Shown: positions 1-12,027 of the stretch, piece by piece
Position numbering within the stretch: the first letter of the stretch is position 1
Layout: every line of letters begins with the position of its first letter
Assembly: GCF_006345805.1 (NCBI RefSeq)
Contig: NC_043018.1
Span: 8,928,001-8,992,000 of the forward strand
Direction of reading: 5' to 3'
From: Octopus sinensis
Lineage: Eukaryota
Length of the DNA stretch: 64,000 nt
Position numbers and translations under genes: made by a program
The notes under the pieces: generated by a model
Told to the model about the DNA's origin: nothing
Databases searched by the model: none
The model's input: the letters and a program-made list of their open reading frames with translations, nothing else

Positions 1-750
1 TCAAAATATTTAAAATATTTAACATTAAAAAGTTAACAATGAATATACCATCAGGAAAATAAAACCATATTAGATATTGACTAAAGTTATTTTAATTATT
101 TCTTTTATTAGAGTGGATAATTAGGTCTATTCCAATCTTATTTGACCTCATCAGCAATGCATAGATTTCACTGTAATTACAAAAACTGTCATGAGACAGT
201 TTTAAGTGAATTCATGATACCAAACACTGTTTGAGGTAAATAAATAGAATTGTTTAAAAAATTACTCAGAATCGCCCTCAAGGGATAAAAATCAATAGTC
301 ATCACTCCTTTCCTGTTTTATCTTAGCTTTGTGACTGAGTTATTGAATGGACAGTCTCACCTCTTAAGAATCACCCATACTTCACTGAAATTATTTTGCC
401 AAAGATTTTTAAAGGCAAATTTAGTGTTGCTTTCACTAGTTGCTTTCAATCTGTTTGAGTTTGTTGTACAAGAGATTAAGTTACCATATTACTGGCACAT
501 TTTATATGGAAAGTTAAAAGAAATAGCTGAAAAACACCTGTTTTAATATTAGAAATTTACAAGGCTTAGGAGTACCCAAATGCTCCTTTGTGGGGCACCA
601 TTTCAGTGCCTTTGCATTTTATTCAATACTGTCCACTGTTCAAGACTTTTGGAATTTCCCTGCCATGACTTGGATATATAATCCATCCACCCAACCCAAT
701 TTTCTCCACCCTTACCTCGTCCTCTCTTTTCTGTTTTTATCTTTTATTTT

Positions 751-928
751 TTGTTTTTACACTTTTAAAATTATATTTCTTTACTGTTTTTTTTTTTGTT
801 TTTACACTTTTAAAATTATATTTCTTTACTGTTTTTTTTTTTGTTTTTACACTTTTTAAAATTATATTTCTTTACTGTTTTTTTTTGTTTTTACACTTTT
901 TAAATTATTTTTCTTTACTGTTTTTTTT
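751..928. repeat. T-rich ~46-bp tandem repeat, ~4 copies, just upstream of the first exon acceptor
   Basis: Unit ~TTGTTTTTACACTTTTAAAATTATATTTCTTTACTGTTTTTT repeated 4x, differing mainly in T-run lengths. Confidence 0.85.
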
Positions 929-990
929 ATTTTTCTTTTTTTTTTTTTACATTTCCTACTAAACCTTGATATCATCCTTTCTGACTTCAG

Positions 991-1147
991 GATCACTTGT
1001 ACAAGCTGCGCAACATAGCTCGCCTGAAAACATTTAGTATAAATTACAAACCATGGAGACTAAAATACTTCATTTTAAAGAAAAAAGATGACCACCTCAT
1101 GCTGGAATATTATGATCGACAACCGACGCCAAAGAGGACCCCTAAAA
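991..1147 (+). CDS. Docking protein (DOK/IRS/FRS2-like), first exon seen: N-terminal half of PH domain
   Basis: Acceptor ttctgacttcag|GAT, donor aaaa|gtaaga. Translates DHLYKLRNIARLKTFSINYKPWRLKYFILKKKDDHLMLEYYDRQPTPKRTPK, a PH beta1-beta3 pattern (LYK...W..KYFIL...LEYY). Ends phase 1, matching the next exon. Confidence 0.85.
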
Positions 1148-2646
1148 GTAAGACAGCATTTACCATATTCTTTAATGCACACACACATACAGTTGTTGGT
1201 GAATTGGGCTTCTTATTTGTAACCTTAACAATATGTTTAAAGTGATTGTGTGAGTAGAGGGAGGAAGGTTCTTCTTGTTGCCTTCTCTGTGGAGGCAAAA
1301 AAATAAGCGTTAGGGAATCTGTGGTGTTCATTCCTTTTCCAAGAGTATTTTTTAATCTAAGTTAAGTCTTTCTACCTAATCTTTCGGGGGGGGGGGATTT
1401 AGAAAAGGAGAAACTGCATAGGATCCTGTTGAATAGCTTGTGCATTCCAGCTGTGACCATCCTGTCTTTTTTTGTGTCTGGTGTAGTGTCTCATCAACTA
1501 CATTCAGTTTCCAGCACATCCATTTCTGAAGATGGTAGGATGTGATATGAAGGAGCGATTTGGGGAGGAAGGATTGGACAAAGTGGTTAGTACAGGGACT
1601 GGGATGTGGTAGTGGTGGTGGTGGTGGGACAGGAGGAGAAGGACGATGAGGATGAGAGACTGGTAAACTTAGGAATTATCTTAGTGGAGGTGGTCCCTGA
1701 TCAGCTCCTACCTCAGAAGAACAGAGGCCATTGTAATTGTGGGAGAGGAGACAGAGAATGGACCCAGCACAACTTTGGGTCCAGATGTTGAAGTGTGCCT
1801 GTGATTTTACTTCAGTCAGTTGAGTGACCCATCACTGGAATGTCGTCTAGAATGTCTGTGGATGAAGAAGCAGCAGCAGTACCACCACCACCACCCTTCC
1901 AGATGTGGGAGCAACATTGCATTGTGGGTCCCGTCTGAACTTTCTAATGTTTCAGTTATTGAGGTGGTGGTGAGGTGGGGATGATGAAGAGAAAAAGGGT
2001 CAGTCGTTGGGATTTGGTTAAAGGATGAGTTTATTGCAAAGAGCTATCCTCAGGAATAGGGAAGCCTGACATATGGAGTAATCACAAGAACCCTAGTTGG
2101 GAGCTGCTCATGTTAAAGCATGATAATATTTCCTTGATACAAATAGTGCTTGTGTGTGTGTGTGTGTGTGTGTTTTGTTGTTGAAAGTGAGAAAATTTGG
2201 TTTATCTTCACCATCGGAGAATATGTTTGTGGTCTGTGGTCATAGAATCACCGAACATTCTGGTGTCTTGGTTGTTACATATAAAAAACGAAGAACATCT
2301 TGTTTAATATAATTAGTCCTCTCCTATATACGCCACTAGAAAAGCCAGGAGGGTTCTGGTTGGAACATCTTTAATTATCACTTTTTAAAGTTGTTTCTAC
2401 AGATTTTCTATAGAAATTAGGGCCAGCACTAATTTGTTACAACTTTTGGCATTAGAAAGGGCTTCCAGCCACAGGAATCATGCTACAACAGACAATTGAA
2501 GTCTGGACAGCTCCATGTCAAACCGTCCAACCCATGCCAGCATGGAAAGCAGATGTTAGACAATGATATTTCATATATGGATATGTATAGGAAACAAATT
2601 ATTGCTGGCTCTAAGTTTTATTGAAAGTCTGAATACTGGTGAGGTA

Positions 2647-3053
2647 TAATAATAATAATAATGAAATTATTGTATACAGTGCTCAGGTGCACCACAACTT
2701 GTCAGAAAGTGCATATAAAGCATATGCAGTAATGTACAAACGTCTGGGAAGTGAACAGTGTATGAGTCAGATACATGCTTGCGTGTGTATGGAGGGGAGA
2801 AAATCAGGTGTAGTGTTGGCGAATCTCAGGAAGCATGGAAGTTTTGAAGGATGCAGTGCTCCGACAACTAACAACTGATGTCGGCAGTTTGTTCCATACT
2901 TCAGCAACTCTCAGCGTGAAAAAATGTTCCCGAAAGTCATGGGAGCTGTGCTGTTTTCTGACTTAGTAAACATGTCCACGGGTGTTAGACGGGTGGAGTT
3001 TGAAAAGGTGCTCAGAGTTATTGTTTGTATGATGGTTGATAATTTTATGGGTA
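2647..3053 (-). mobile_element. CR1-clade LINE 3' fragment with (ATT)n tail
   Basis: Reverse complement of the 3' end seen at 13113-13640 and 14331-14920 (HDFREHFFTLRVAEVWNKLP); tail at 2647-2661. Confidence 0.85.
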
Positions 3054-3094
3054 CTGTATTGACTTAAGCCTTTAATGTACCTGGTAGTATATTA

Positions 3095-3445
3095 TGGTTG
3101 CAATGTGGCAGATGCTGGTGTTACGTAACTGGCATCCATGCCGGTGGCACATAAAAAGGCACCATTTGAGCATTGGGTCGTCAATGTTACATAACTGGTA
3201 CCTGAGCTGGTGACATGTAGAAAGACACCATTTGAATGTTGGCTGATGCTGGTGTCACATAACTGGCACCTGTGCTGATGGCACATAAAAGCACTGTTGG
3301 AGCTTTTGGCGTTAGGAATGGTATCCAGTAGTAGAGATCATGCCAGATCAGACTGGAGTCTGGTGCAGCCCCTCAGCTTTCCAGCCCTGGTCAAACCGTC
3401 CAACCCATGCCAGCATGGACAATGGAAATTAAATGATGATGATGA
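3095..3445 (+). mobile_element. RTE-derived GAT-tailed repeat (family B), diverged
   Basis: GGCACATAAAA..CACC units, CCAACCCATGCCAGCATGG, terminal (GAT)n. Confidence 0.75.
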
Positions 3446-3689
3446 ATGAAATATGGTGTCCTAACCAGCAATTAATCTTTGATTATAGTCCTGCTTGATT
3501 AGATCTAACCTGGTGGAATTACTACAACTGATTTGCCTTTCATCCTTTCAGGGTCAATTAGACACTGGGGTCGATGTTATCAACTTAATCCGTTTGTCTG
3601 CCCTTGTTTGTCACCTCTGTGTTTAGCCCCTTGTGGGCAGTAAAGAAATAGGAATTAATACAACTGATTTTTTTCTCTTGCCTTTGCAG

Positions 3690-3869
3690 TGCAACTGTTA
3701 CTACACAAATACCGTGTGGAGAAGATTACCAATTCTAAGAATCGTGCTTATGTTTTCGAAATCACCACACCTGAGCGAAGGCTTTGCCTCTCAGCCAATG
3801 AACAGCGATCTATGGATATGTTTGTGTTCTTTCTACAAATTCAACGCAAACTAATACGAGAATTAACAG
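3690..3869 (+). CDS. Docking protein exon 2: C-terminal half of PH domain
   Basis: Acceptor ttttctcttgcctttgcag|, donor acag|gtgagt; 180 nt, phase 1-1. Translates (M)QLLLHKYRVEKITNSKNRAYVFEITTPERRLCLSANEQRSMDMFVFFLQIQRKLIRELT, with the PH FEI...R.L.L.A + C-terminal helix pattern. Confidence 0.88.
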
Positions 3870-4235
3870 GTGAGTTAATTAGCACATCTTTACTTAAACA
3901 CTTTAATTGGATATTTTTTTTTTAAATTTATTCTACATACTTTCTTCCATTTCCTCTCAATTTCGTCTTCCTCTTCTTCTCCTTGAATACTTGTCTTTTT
4001 CTTTCTTTCTTTATTTCTTCCCCACCATCTCCATATGCATTTACACATGGACATCTGCATGTGTGTATGTGTTTGTGTGATAAACACAAGGCCTGGATCA
4101 TGTGGTTCTGCATCCAAATGCACCATGAACACTCACTGCAGAGGATGCAAACAGTGCCAGTGGGGAAACGTACATAGGGAACAAATTGTACAAATCACAT
4201 GTTGTGTGTATCCTACATTTTCCTACATGTGGTCT

Positions 4236-4500
4236 CATCATCATCATCATTTAACGTCCATTTTCCATGCTAGCATGGGTTGGATGGTTCGACCAGGGTC
4301 TGGGAAGCCAGGAGGCTGCACCAGGCTCCAGTCTGATTTGGCAGTGTTTCTACAGCTGGATGCCCTTCCTAATGCCAACCACTCCGAGAGTGTAGTGGGT
4401 GCTTTTTATGTGCCACCGGCACAGGGGCCAGAGCAGGCTGGCGAATGGCCACGATCGGTTGGTGCTTTTACATGTCACCAACACGGACGCCAGTCAGGCG
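4236..4500 (-). mobile_element. Family B (RTE-tail) repeat inserted in the first unit of an 87-bp minisatellite
   Basis: (CAT)n-TTTAACGTCC start; flanked by a minisatellite partial unit at ~4175-4235 and its continuation from ~4520. Confidence 0.85.
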
Positions 4501-4519
4501 GATTATGAAAAATAGCAAA

Positions 4520-5068
4520 TCATAATTGGTAACACTTCCAAATAGGGAACAAATGGTACAAATGACATGTTGTGTGTATCCTACATTTTCCTACATGTGG
4601 TCTGTATATCATTATTGGTAATACTACCAAATAGGGAAAAAATGGTATAAATGACATGTTGTGTGCATCCTACATTTTCCTACATGTGGTTTGTATATCA
4701 TAATTGGTAACTACCAAATAGGGAACATATGGTACAAATGACATGTTGTGTGCATCCTACATTTTCCTACATGTGGTTTGTATATCATAATTGGTAACTA
4801 CCAAATAGGGAACATATGGTACAAATGACATGTTGTGTGCATCCTACATTTTCCTACATGTGGTTTGTATATCATAATTGGTAACTACCAAATAGGGAAC
4901 ATATGGTACAAATGACATGTTGTGTGCATCCTACATTTTCCTACATGTGGTTTGTATATCATAATTGGTAACTACCAAATAGGGAACATATGGTACAAAT
5001 GACATGTTGTGTGCATCCTACATTTTCCTACATGTGGTCTGTATATCATAATTGGTAACACTACCAAG
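4520..5068. repeat. 87-bp minisatellite, ~6 copies
   Basis: TACATGTGGT recurs at 4681 and 4768 (period 87); unit CAAATAGGGAACATATGGTACAAATGACATGTTGTGTGCATCCTACATTTTCCTACATGTGGTTTGTATATCATAATTGGTAACTAC. Confidence 0.95.
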
Positions 5069-5186
5069 TAAATTGGTAGCTGCGCCACTTTACTGAATGT
5101 AAACTTGTTAATGATACACTATATGAACTCTGAATTCACCAGTAGCAGTTTTACATCTAACTGTATGCATAGAAAATGCATATGTA

Positions 5187-6240
5187 CAAAAGGGTACCCA
5201 AAAGTAACCAGAAACATTCTCTGTGGGACAAGCCCGTTGCAGTTCAGGCCTCTGCTTCTAGGAGCCACTTGGTGCAACTCTCAGCATCTGCACATATAGT
5301 CCTACTGCCATGTGGTGCATCTTTGCTTTGCAGTGCTTCTCTTCTGTTCGTCGATTTTTACGATGGCTGAAATGAAGGAACTGCATACTTTCCGAGAAAT
5401 TCAATTTTCTGCCGGGGAAAACGGCACTCAAAACAGTTGTCATGCTTTTAACAGCTTACAAGGATGCTGCCATGAGCAAAACACAAATTTGTGAGTGGAT
5501 TTCACGCTTTAGGGATGGTCACTTGTTGCTTGAGGACCAACCTCGTTCAGGGCAATCGTTGACCTCCTGAATAAATGAATGAAAACATCATGATAATTCT
5601 TGAACTGATTTTGGAGGACCGTCACCAAACAATTGACAAACTTGTTGCTATGACTGGTGTATCCTGGAGCTCCTGCCAACAAATTTTGAGCAAGGAATTG
5701 TGAATGAAAAGAGTTGCAGTAAAATTAGTACCTTGTTCGCTCGTGGAAGATCAAAAGCATTCATGGTTGAATGCATATCACGAATTGAAAGAACATTTGG
5801 AAGTTGATCCGAACCTTTTTTTTAAACGCCATCACTGGTGATGAAAGCTGCTGCTATGGAATTTGCAGATGTGGAAGCGGTGGAGAAAAGCGACGAAGGA
5901 GTTAAAAGGCATCACTTTACAAGAATTCCAGCACTGCTTCTAACAGTAGAAAATGTGTCTGGACCGATGCATTGCTTCAAATAGAGAAGAATTCTTTGAT
6001 GGGGATAGGAGTGTAAACATGTAAAACTTAAGTGAATGAAATAATATTCTTTTCTAATCTAGGCACAAGGCCCAAAATTTTGGGGTAGGTTGGGGGCCAG
6101 TCGATTAGATTGGCCCCGGTATACAACTGGTACTTAATTTATCGACCGCGAAAGGATGAAAGGTAAAGTCGACCTCAGTGGAATTTCAACTCAGAACGTA
6201 GAGACAGATGGAATTCCAGTTTCTTTTGGGTATCCCCTCA
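5187..6240 (+). mobile_element. Degenerate, internally deleted mariner element interrupted by a SINE
   Basis: Imperfect TIRs (TA)CAAAAGGGTACCCAAAAG / CTTTTGGGTATCCCCTCA(TA). Decayed transposase: HTH-like EWISRF...EDQPRSG, KRVAVKLVP, ITGDES, and C-terminal FQHCF..WK..LDRCIAS-like tail. Confidence 0.75.
6046..6212 (-). mobile_element. tRNA-derived SINE family A, inside the mariner
   Basis: Reverse complement of GTTCTGAGTTGAAATTCC...GTCGACTTTACCTTTCATCC...TTGGGCCTTGTGCCTAG. Confidence 0.8.
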
Positions 6241-6906
6241 TATGTGTACAATCATATACCCAAATATGAATGTGTGTGTGTGTGTGTGTGTGATAAAAGT
6301 ATGCCTGCTAAAGTCATTTACAAGTAACTTCATCTTATTTGATGTGATTATTATTATTATTATTATTATTTGACCAGGCTCCCGTGGCTTTTATGGGTTT
6401 TTCCACGTGAGACCTTTTCTTTTTTTTTCGAAGCGTCTCCTCTATCGGGAGTTTTTCGTTGTTAAAATTTTTGATTGTTAAAACTGCTTTTTACTCGTTT
6501 TTTTTTCTTTCGTAAAACGGACAAAACCCTTTGTAACCTTTCGCCCTGTTTTTGTCCCCTTATGTTTTCCAATGATATTTGTCAGCCTTTGTGGCCAATA
6601 AAAAGAATTAATTAATTATTATTATTATTATTATTATTAGGCATATTTCAAGATAATCTATAATAATGTATAATGCTTATAATCTCATTCACTTCTCTTT
6701 CTCTCTTTCTTTCTCTCCTTCTCTCTCTCCAACTCACCCGTGTTCTCTCGGCTCTCCTTAAATTAACTCTTCACTGGTCTTGCCTTCAGTCAACTAATCT
6801 GGTGAGTTCCAAACACCTTGCCTCACTAACGCTGCTTTTGGTTTTTACGTTTGTTGTTGTTGTTGTTTTTCTGTTGCTTTTGTTGTTGTTGTTATTGTTA
6901 TTATTT

Positions 6907-7085
6907 AAGGTATAAGCTGGCAAGCAACATGCTTAGCGGCATTTCGTCTGTCTCTTTTATGTTCTGAGTTCAAATTCTGCCAAGGTCGACTTTGCCTTTC
7001 ATCCTTTTGGGGTCGATAAAATAAATGCCACTTGGGTCAATGTAATTGACTTAACCCCCGCCCAGAAATTGCTGGCCTTGTGCCA

Positions 7086-7139
<54 letters not shown>

Positions 7140-7140
7140 G
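6907..7140 (+). mobile_element. SINE family A with (ATT)n tail
   Basis: AGCTGGCA..head, B-box GAGTTCAAATTC, GTCGACTTTGCCTTTCATCC body. Confidence 0.85.
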
Positions 7141-7162
7141 TGTTAGTAGTATTAGTAGTAAT

Positions 7163-7399
7163 GCGGCAAGCTGGCAGAATCATTAGCATGCCAGGCAAAA
7201 GCTTAGCAGCATTTTGTCCATCTTTACATTCTGAGTTCAAATTCTGCCAAGGATGATTTTGCCTTTCATCCTTTCAGGGTCAATAAAATAAGTATCAGTG
7301 ACACACTGGAGTCGATGTAATCAGTTAGCCCCACTTCCCACTAAAATTTCAGACCCTGTGCTTTTATTAGAAAGAATTATTATTATTATTATTATTATT
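7163..7399 (+). mobile_element. SINE family A with (ATT)n tail, head-to-tail with the previous copy
   Basis: GCGGCAAGCTGGCAGAATCATTAGC head, B-box, (ATT)n tail. Confidence 0.85.
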
Positions 7400-7965
7400 G
7401 AGTGAGAGAGCAGTGCATGCCATCAAAGTGACACTGGGGTAAAATATACAAAGCCCAGTATACCCATCATGACTACTCGTCTGATAAGGGTACACCAGGC
7501 ACATGCATCACAACCATATGTGCATGACATGGTGATCTCATATCAAGATTAACAGTGCATGACCTTGCAGGTGGGCTCAGTTAGAATTTTCTTCAGGTTG
7601 AGTAGCCCATCCCGCTCAAAAGGTCCCTGAATAAGGGTTGTTTAAGGATGTTGAAAGAACCACCCATGTTTCCAGAGGTGAATTATTCAAACCCCAAAGA
7701 ATCCCTCTCAACACATGGCTATGATGCTCCCCCACTACTTCTGCATGTGATCAGAGATGCACATATCGTCAGCCACTAAGGGACATGCTCAACTGGTTAA
7801 GGTCAAACAACTGACAAGCAAATCTGAGCTATTGAGCAGAATATTTGCTGTAGCCCATCTTTTATACCAAGACAAAACAATTTACATGATAACACTTCCA
7901 ATCAGTTAAGATCAGAAGCCATGAGAGCCACTGGTATTATTATTATTATTATTCAGTAGTTTGTA

Positions 7966-8430
7966 AGGTAGCGAGCTGGCAGAATTGTTAGTGTGTCAGG
8001 CAAAAACCTTAACAGCATTTCATCCGTCTTTATGTTCTGAGTTCAAATTCCTATTTCCTTACTACCCACAAGGGGCTAAACACAGAGGGGACAAACAAGG
8101 ACAGACAAACGGATTAAGTCGATTATATCGACCCCAGTGCGTAACTGGTACTTATTTAATTGACCCTGAAAGGATGAAAGGCAAAGCCGACCTTGGTGGA
8201 GTTTGAACTCAGAACGTAGCGGCAGACGAAATACCGCTAAGCATCTCGCCTGGCGTGCTAACGTTTCTGCCAGCTTGCCTCTGAGTTCAAATTCTGCTGA
8301 GGTTGACTTTGCCTTTCATCCTTTGAAGGTTGATAAATTAAGTACCACTGAAACACTGGGGGTCGATGTAATCGACTAGTCCCCTTCTCCCCGAAAATTC
8401 CAAGCTTTGTGCCTTTAGTAGAGAGGATTC
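7966..8430 (+). mobile_element. SINE family A (outer copy) split by an antisense SINE A
   Basis: Head 7966-8050 and body 8281-8430 rejoin into one SINE. Confidence 0.85.
8051..8280 (-). mobile_element. SINE family A (inner copy) with 14-bp target-site duplication
   Basis: TSD CTGAGTTCAAATTC at 8037-8050 and 8281-8294. Confidence 0.92.
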
Positions 8431-9327
8431 TTATCCAGTCGTTATATTCCCATTGTTCTTTCACTGCAGGAGCGAGGCACAGTTCTGTTACATGTTGTTG
8501 AGTAATTGAAAATACTCTACATAATGTGTGTGTGTGTGTGTACAATGCCTTGTGGTGTTCTGTTGTGTGCTATGTGCAAATAACTGCCATACTGTTTTAT
8601 TGCATATATCAATGGTCCCTTGGTGGTAGTAATACTTTCCCTGTATTACTGCTGTATTAGTAATTATATATAGTATAGTTAGTCCACCTTAATCTGTAAA
8701 GAGCACAGAGCCAGTTTCTCAGTTTCCCTTCTCTATATATATTCCTCACTGGATGGGACACTGGTCTGTTGCCGGAATGCTCACTTTTACCAGCTGAGTG
8801 GACTGGAGCAACATGAAATAATGTTTTGCTCAAGAATACAATGCATCGCTTGGTCCAGGAATTGAAACCACAATCTTATGATCATGAGTTCAATACCCTA
8901 ACCATTAAGCCATGCACCTCCACTGCACATAAAGTATTATACATAGTTTTTTACTAAAGAGAATTAAAAAACAAACAAAATCATCTTATTTTCTCTCTTC
9001 AGCAACCGATAGACATTGGTTTTTCAGAGTTACCTCCCTTGCACGATTAAACCTCTTTTTATTAATTGACAAAATCTGTAAAGGAAACCAGGATTACAAC
9101 AAATATATAGAATGAGATTGAGAAGGGGTTTATTTAAAACAATTTTTGTTTTTTTAGGGGTAGAGAAATTTGAAGGAAGGGTTGGGATTTTTTCAGAAAT
9201 ATTTATGACACAAGAAAAAAGGTGTAGAAATTCGAGATAAAAATAGGCTTAGTTTATTGAGAATTTACATCAACACTGGAGCATCCATTGTAATATTTTT
9301 GCAATAAAGCATACACACACACACACA

Positions 9328-9358
<31 letters not shown>

Positions 9359-9790
9359 CACACACTCACTCATCATTTTAACGTCTACTTTTCCATGCCT
9401 GCATGGATCAGACGTGACTACATTGAGGCAGATATTTCTACAGCTGGATGCAGTTCCTAGTGCCGGTCCTCACCTGTTTCCAAGCAAGGTAAACAATCAC
9501 TCGAGTCTATTGATCGATGAACAACCTCAACAAGCCTTTGGACAGCCCAGGGTTATATAGCAGAAGATACTTGCTCAAGTTCCACCCTGCTGAACTGAAC
9601 TCAAGACCACATGGTTGGGAAGCAAACTTCTTATCACACAACCAAACTTCTGTGTATGTGTGTGTGTGTGTGTGTGTGTAATTTATAACACAAAACGGAA
9701 TGAACAGGCTTTGATCCACATCATAACAACTGATTTGGTGCATTAGCACCAACTGTTCATTGCTGAATGTTTCACATATTATACATATTA

Positions 9791-11070
9791 TCTGGTCATT
9801 AAGAATGAAATATCCAATATCCTTATGAACCAGGTTTGACATTCATTAACTCTAATGTTTTATCCTGACAATTCTTTGTTTTACAACATTGAAGAGTTAC
9901 ATCATCACTTTTCGAAATGCAATTCATGGTGTTTGATTATATTGAGAGTTTTCTCTTGTAAATCAATTTTTGTGAACCCATGGAGAGATACAAAATTTGT
10001 GTTGTTTATGAATATGAGTTCCGTTGTGGAACCAATGCATCCCAGACAGTTCGAAACATCAGTGAGATGTTTGGTGAAGATGTGGCAAAGGAGCGCACTG
10101 TACGTTGATGGTTTGAGACGTTCCGGTCTGGTGACTTTACTCTTGACAATCAGCCCTTTGGTAGACCTGAGACCAAGGTGGATAATGATGAACTGGAAAC
10201 TGTAGTGGAAGCAGATACATCTCAAACTACGCTTGAGTTAGCAGCAAAGTTCGATTTGATTCCAACTATATTGGACCATTTGAAACAAATCAGCAAAGTA
10301 AAGAAGCTGGACAAGTGGGTACCACACAATCTGAATGAGCATCAAATGACATGTTGTCTTCAAACTTGCTGTTATGGCATAGAAGTGAAACATTTTTTAA
10401 TCGTATTGTTACGTGTGGTGAAAAATGGATTCTTTTCAACAATAGCAAGTGTTCTGCATGGTGGTTGGATAGAGACAAAGTGCCAAAACACAATCCAAAA
10501 ATAGAATATTCACCAAAAAAAGCTAATGATGTCTGTTTAAGTCTTCCAGTGCTGGTATCATCCACTACAGCTTTATGAGATGTGATAAATCAATTACAGA
10601 AGCTGTATACATCAACCAGTTGGATGAAATGATGAGGGAACTTGCAATTAAACAACCGAGATTGGTCAATTGAGACTGGACAATTCTCTTGCAAGACAAT
10701 GCTTGACCACATGTTGCACAAAGAATGCTACTCAAGTTACAGGAACTGAACTTGGAAGTACTCTGTCATCCACCATATTCACCAGTTCTTGCCCCAACTG
10801 ACTATCCCCCCGTTTTCCAGCCATTAGACAATTTTTTGCAAGGAAAAAACTTCAAATCTGAAGAAGATGCAAAAACAGCCTCTTGTAATTTCATCACCTC
10901 TTGCTCTCCAGAATTCTTTGCTGCCAGCATAAATAAGCTACCGATAAAATGGCAAAATTGTGTTGATAATTTAGGTGCATACTTTGATGAACTATATTGC
11001 TTTTTGTTGAGATAAAGTAAAAAAAAACTTTCAGTTCAAAATCGGACACATTTCATTCTTAATGACCTGA
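9791..11070 (+). mobile_element. Full-length (1280 bp) mariner transposon; transposase pseudogenised
   Basis: TIRs TA|TCTGGTCATTAAGAATGAAAT and ATTTCATTCTTAATGACCTGA|TA. Motifs WVPHNL, IVTCGEKW (first Asp replaced), LQDNA and HPPYSPVLAPTDY split by frameshifts and stops. Confidence 0.93.
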
Positions 11071-11084
11071 TATTATATAAATAT

Positions 11085-11765
11085 ATAAATATAGTCCAGC
11101 AATGTCATCAGGTGAATTGCTTTGATCACAATTATTGGTACTACTGCTACCTTTTTCATCAACCACAACTGTTTAACCTCCCATGCTCACCTGTCATATC
11201 TATCGACTTTTCTTTCTTCCTTATCACATACCTTGTTGTCAGCTGGGCATACTATATCTATGATCCAGCATTGTTTGCTTTCTTTCTCAATTAACACCAT
11301 GCCTGGTTTCCTAGTCTTTATCTCATGGTCGCACTGAATCATAAAATCCCATAGGATCTTTGCATTATCATTTTTGATGATGCTTTCAAGTTTCTGTTTG
11401 TGTTAAGGTGTCCAATTGACAATCCTTGCTATATTGTCATGACATCCCTTATATTCTCCCTGGGCTAGTGGTATACATTGACTGGTAATATGTCTTACGG
11501 TTTCACCATTTTGTCCACAAATTCTGCACTTATCACTTTCTGATGTGTTGTCTATTCTGTATTTGATGTAATTCATTCTTAGTGCTTGCTCTTGGGCAGC
11601 ACAGATTAGATCCTCAGTTTCCAGTTTTAAATCACTTCTAGTCATCCATAGCCATCTTTTTTGTCTGTCTGTCTTATCTTCAACATCCCTATGAAATTGT
11701 CCATGCATTCTTTTCTTTACCCACCTATTTTCAGCTTCATTCATTCTCAAGTCCTTGTAGAGTGC

Positions 11766-11770
<5 letters not shown>
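11085..11770 (-). mobile_element. R4/Dong-like non-LTR retrotransposon fragment (zinc knuckle + restriction-like endonuclease)
   Basis: LKLETEDLICAAQEQAL...CRICGQNGETVRHITSQC (CCHC), then ILWDF..QCDHEIKTRKPGMVLIEK...CWIIDIVCPAD...VVPII; contains stops and a deletion. Confidence 0.8.
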
Positions 11771-11804
<34 letters not shown>

Positions 11805-11806
<2 letters not shown>

Positions 11807-12027
11807 GGCTGCAAGCTGGCAGAATCGTTAGCATGCTGGGCTAAATACTTTGCAGCATTTCATCTGTCCTTACATTCTGAGTTCAAATTCTGCCGGGGTT
11901 GACTTTGCCTTCCATCCTTTTGGGGGTCAATAAAATAAGTACTGGTTGAACTCTGGGGTCAATGTAATCTACTTTCCCCTTCCCCAAACCTCCTGGCCTT
12001 GTGCCAAGATTTGAAACCATTATTATC
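11805..12027 (+). mobile_element. SINE family A
   Basis: AAGCTGGCAGAATCGTTAGC head, B-box, GGCCTTGTGCCAAGATTTGAAACCATTATT end. Confidence 0.8.

Noticed and set aside
115-165. Minus-strand CTGATGA-GGTC...GACC resembling a hammerhead ribozyme core and stem II
   Set aside because: The required GAAA after stem II reads TAAT, and I could not build stems I and III; at best a decayed relic.
1440-2140. Purine-rich, moderately GC stretch as a decayed LINE ORF or exon
   Set aside because: No motif or consistent frame could be recognised without a search.
4520-5068. 87-bp array as a CRISPR
   Set aside because: Contiguous near-identical units with no unique spacers, no cas genes, eukaryotic intron context.
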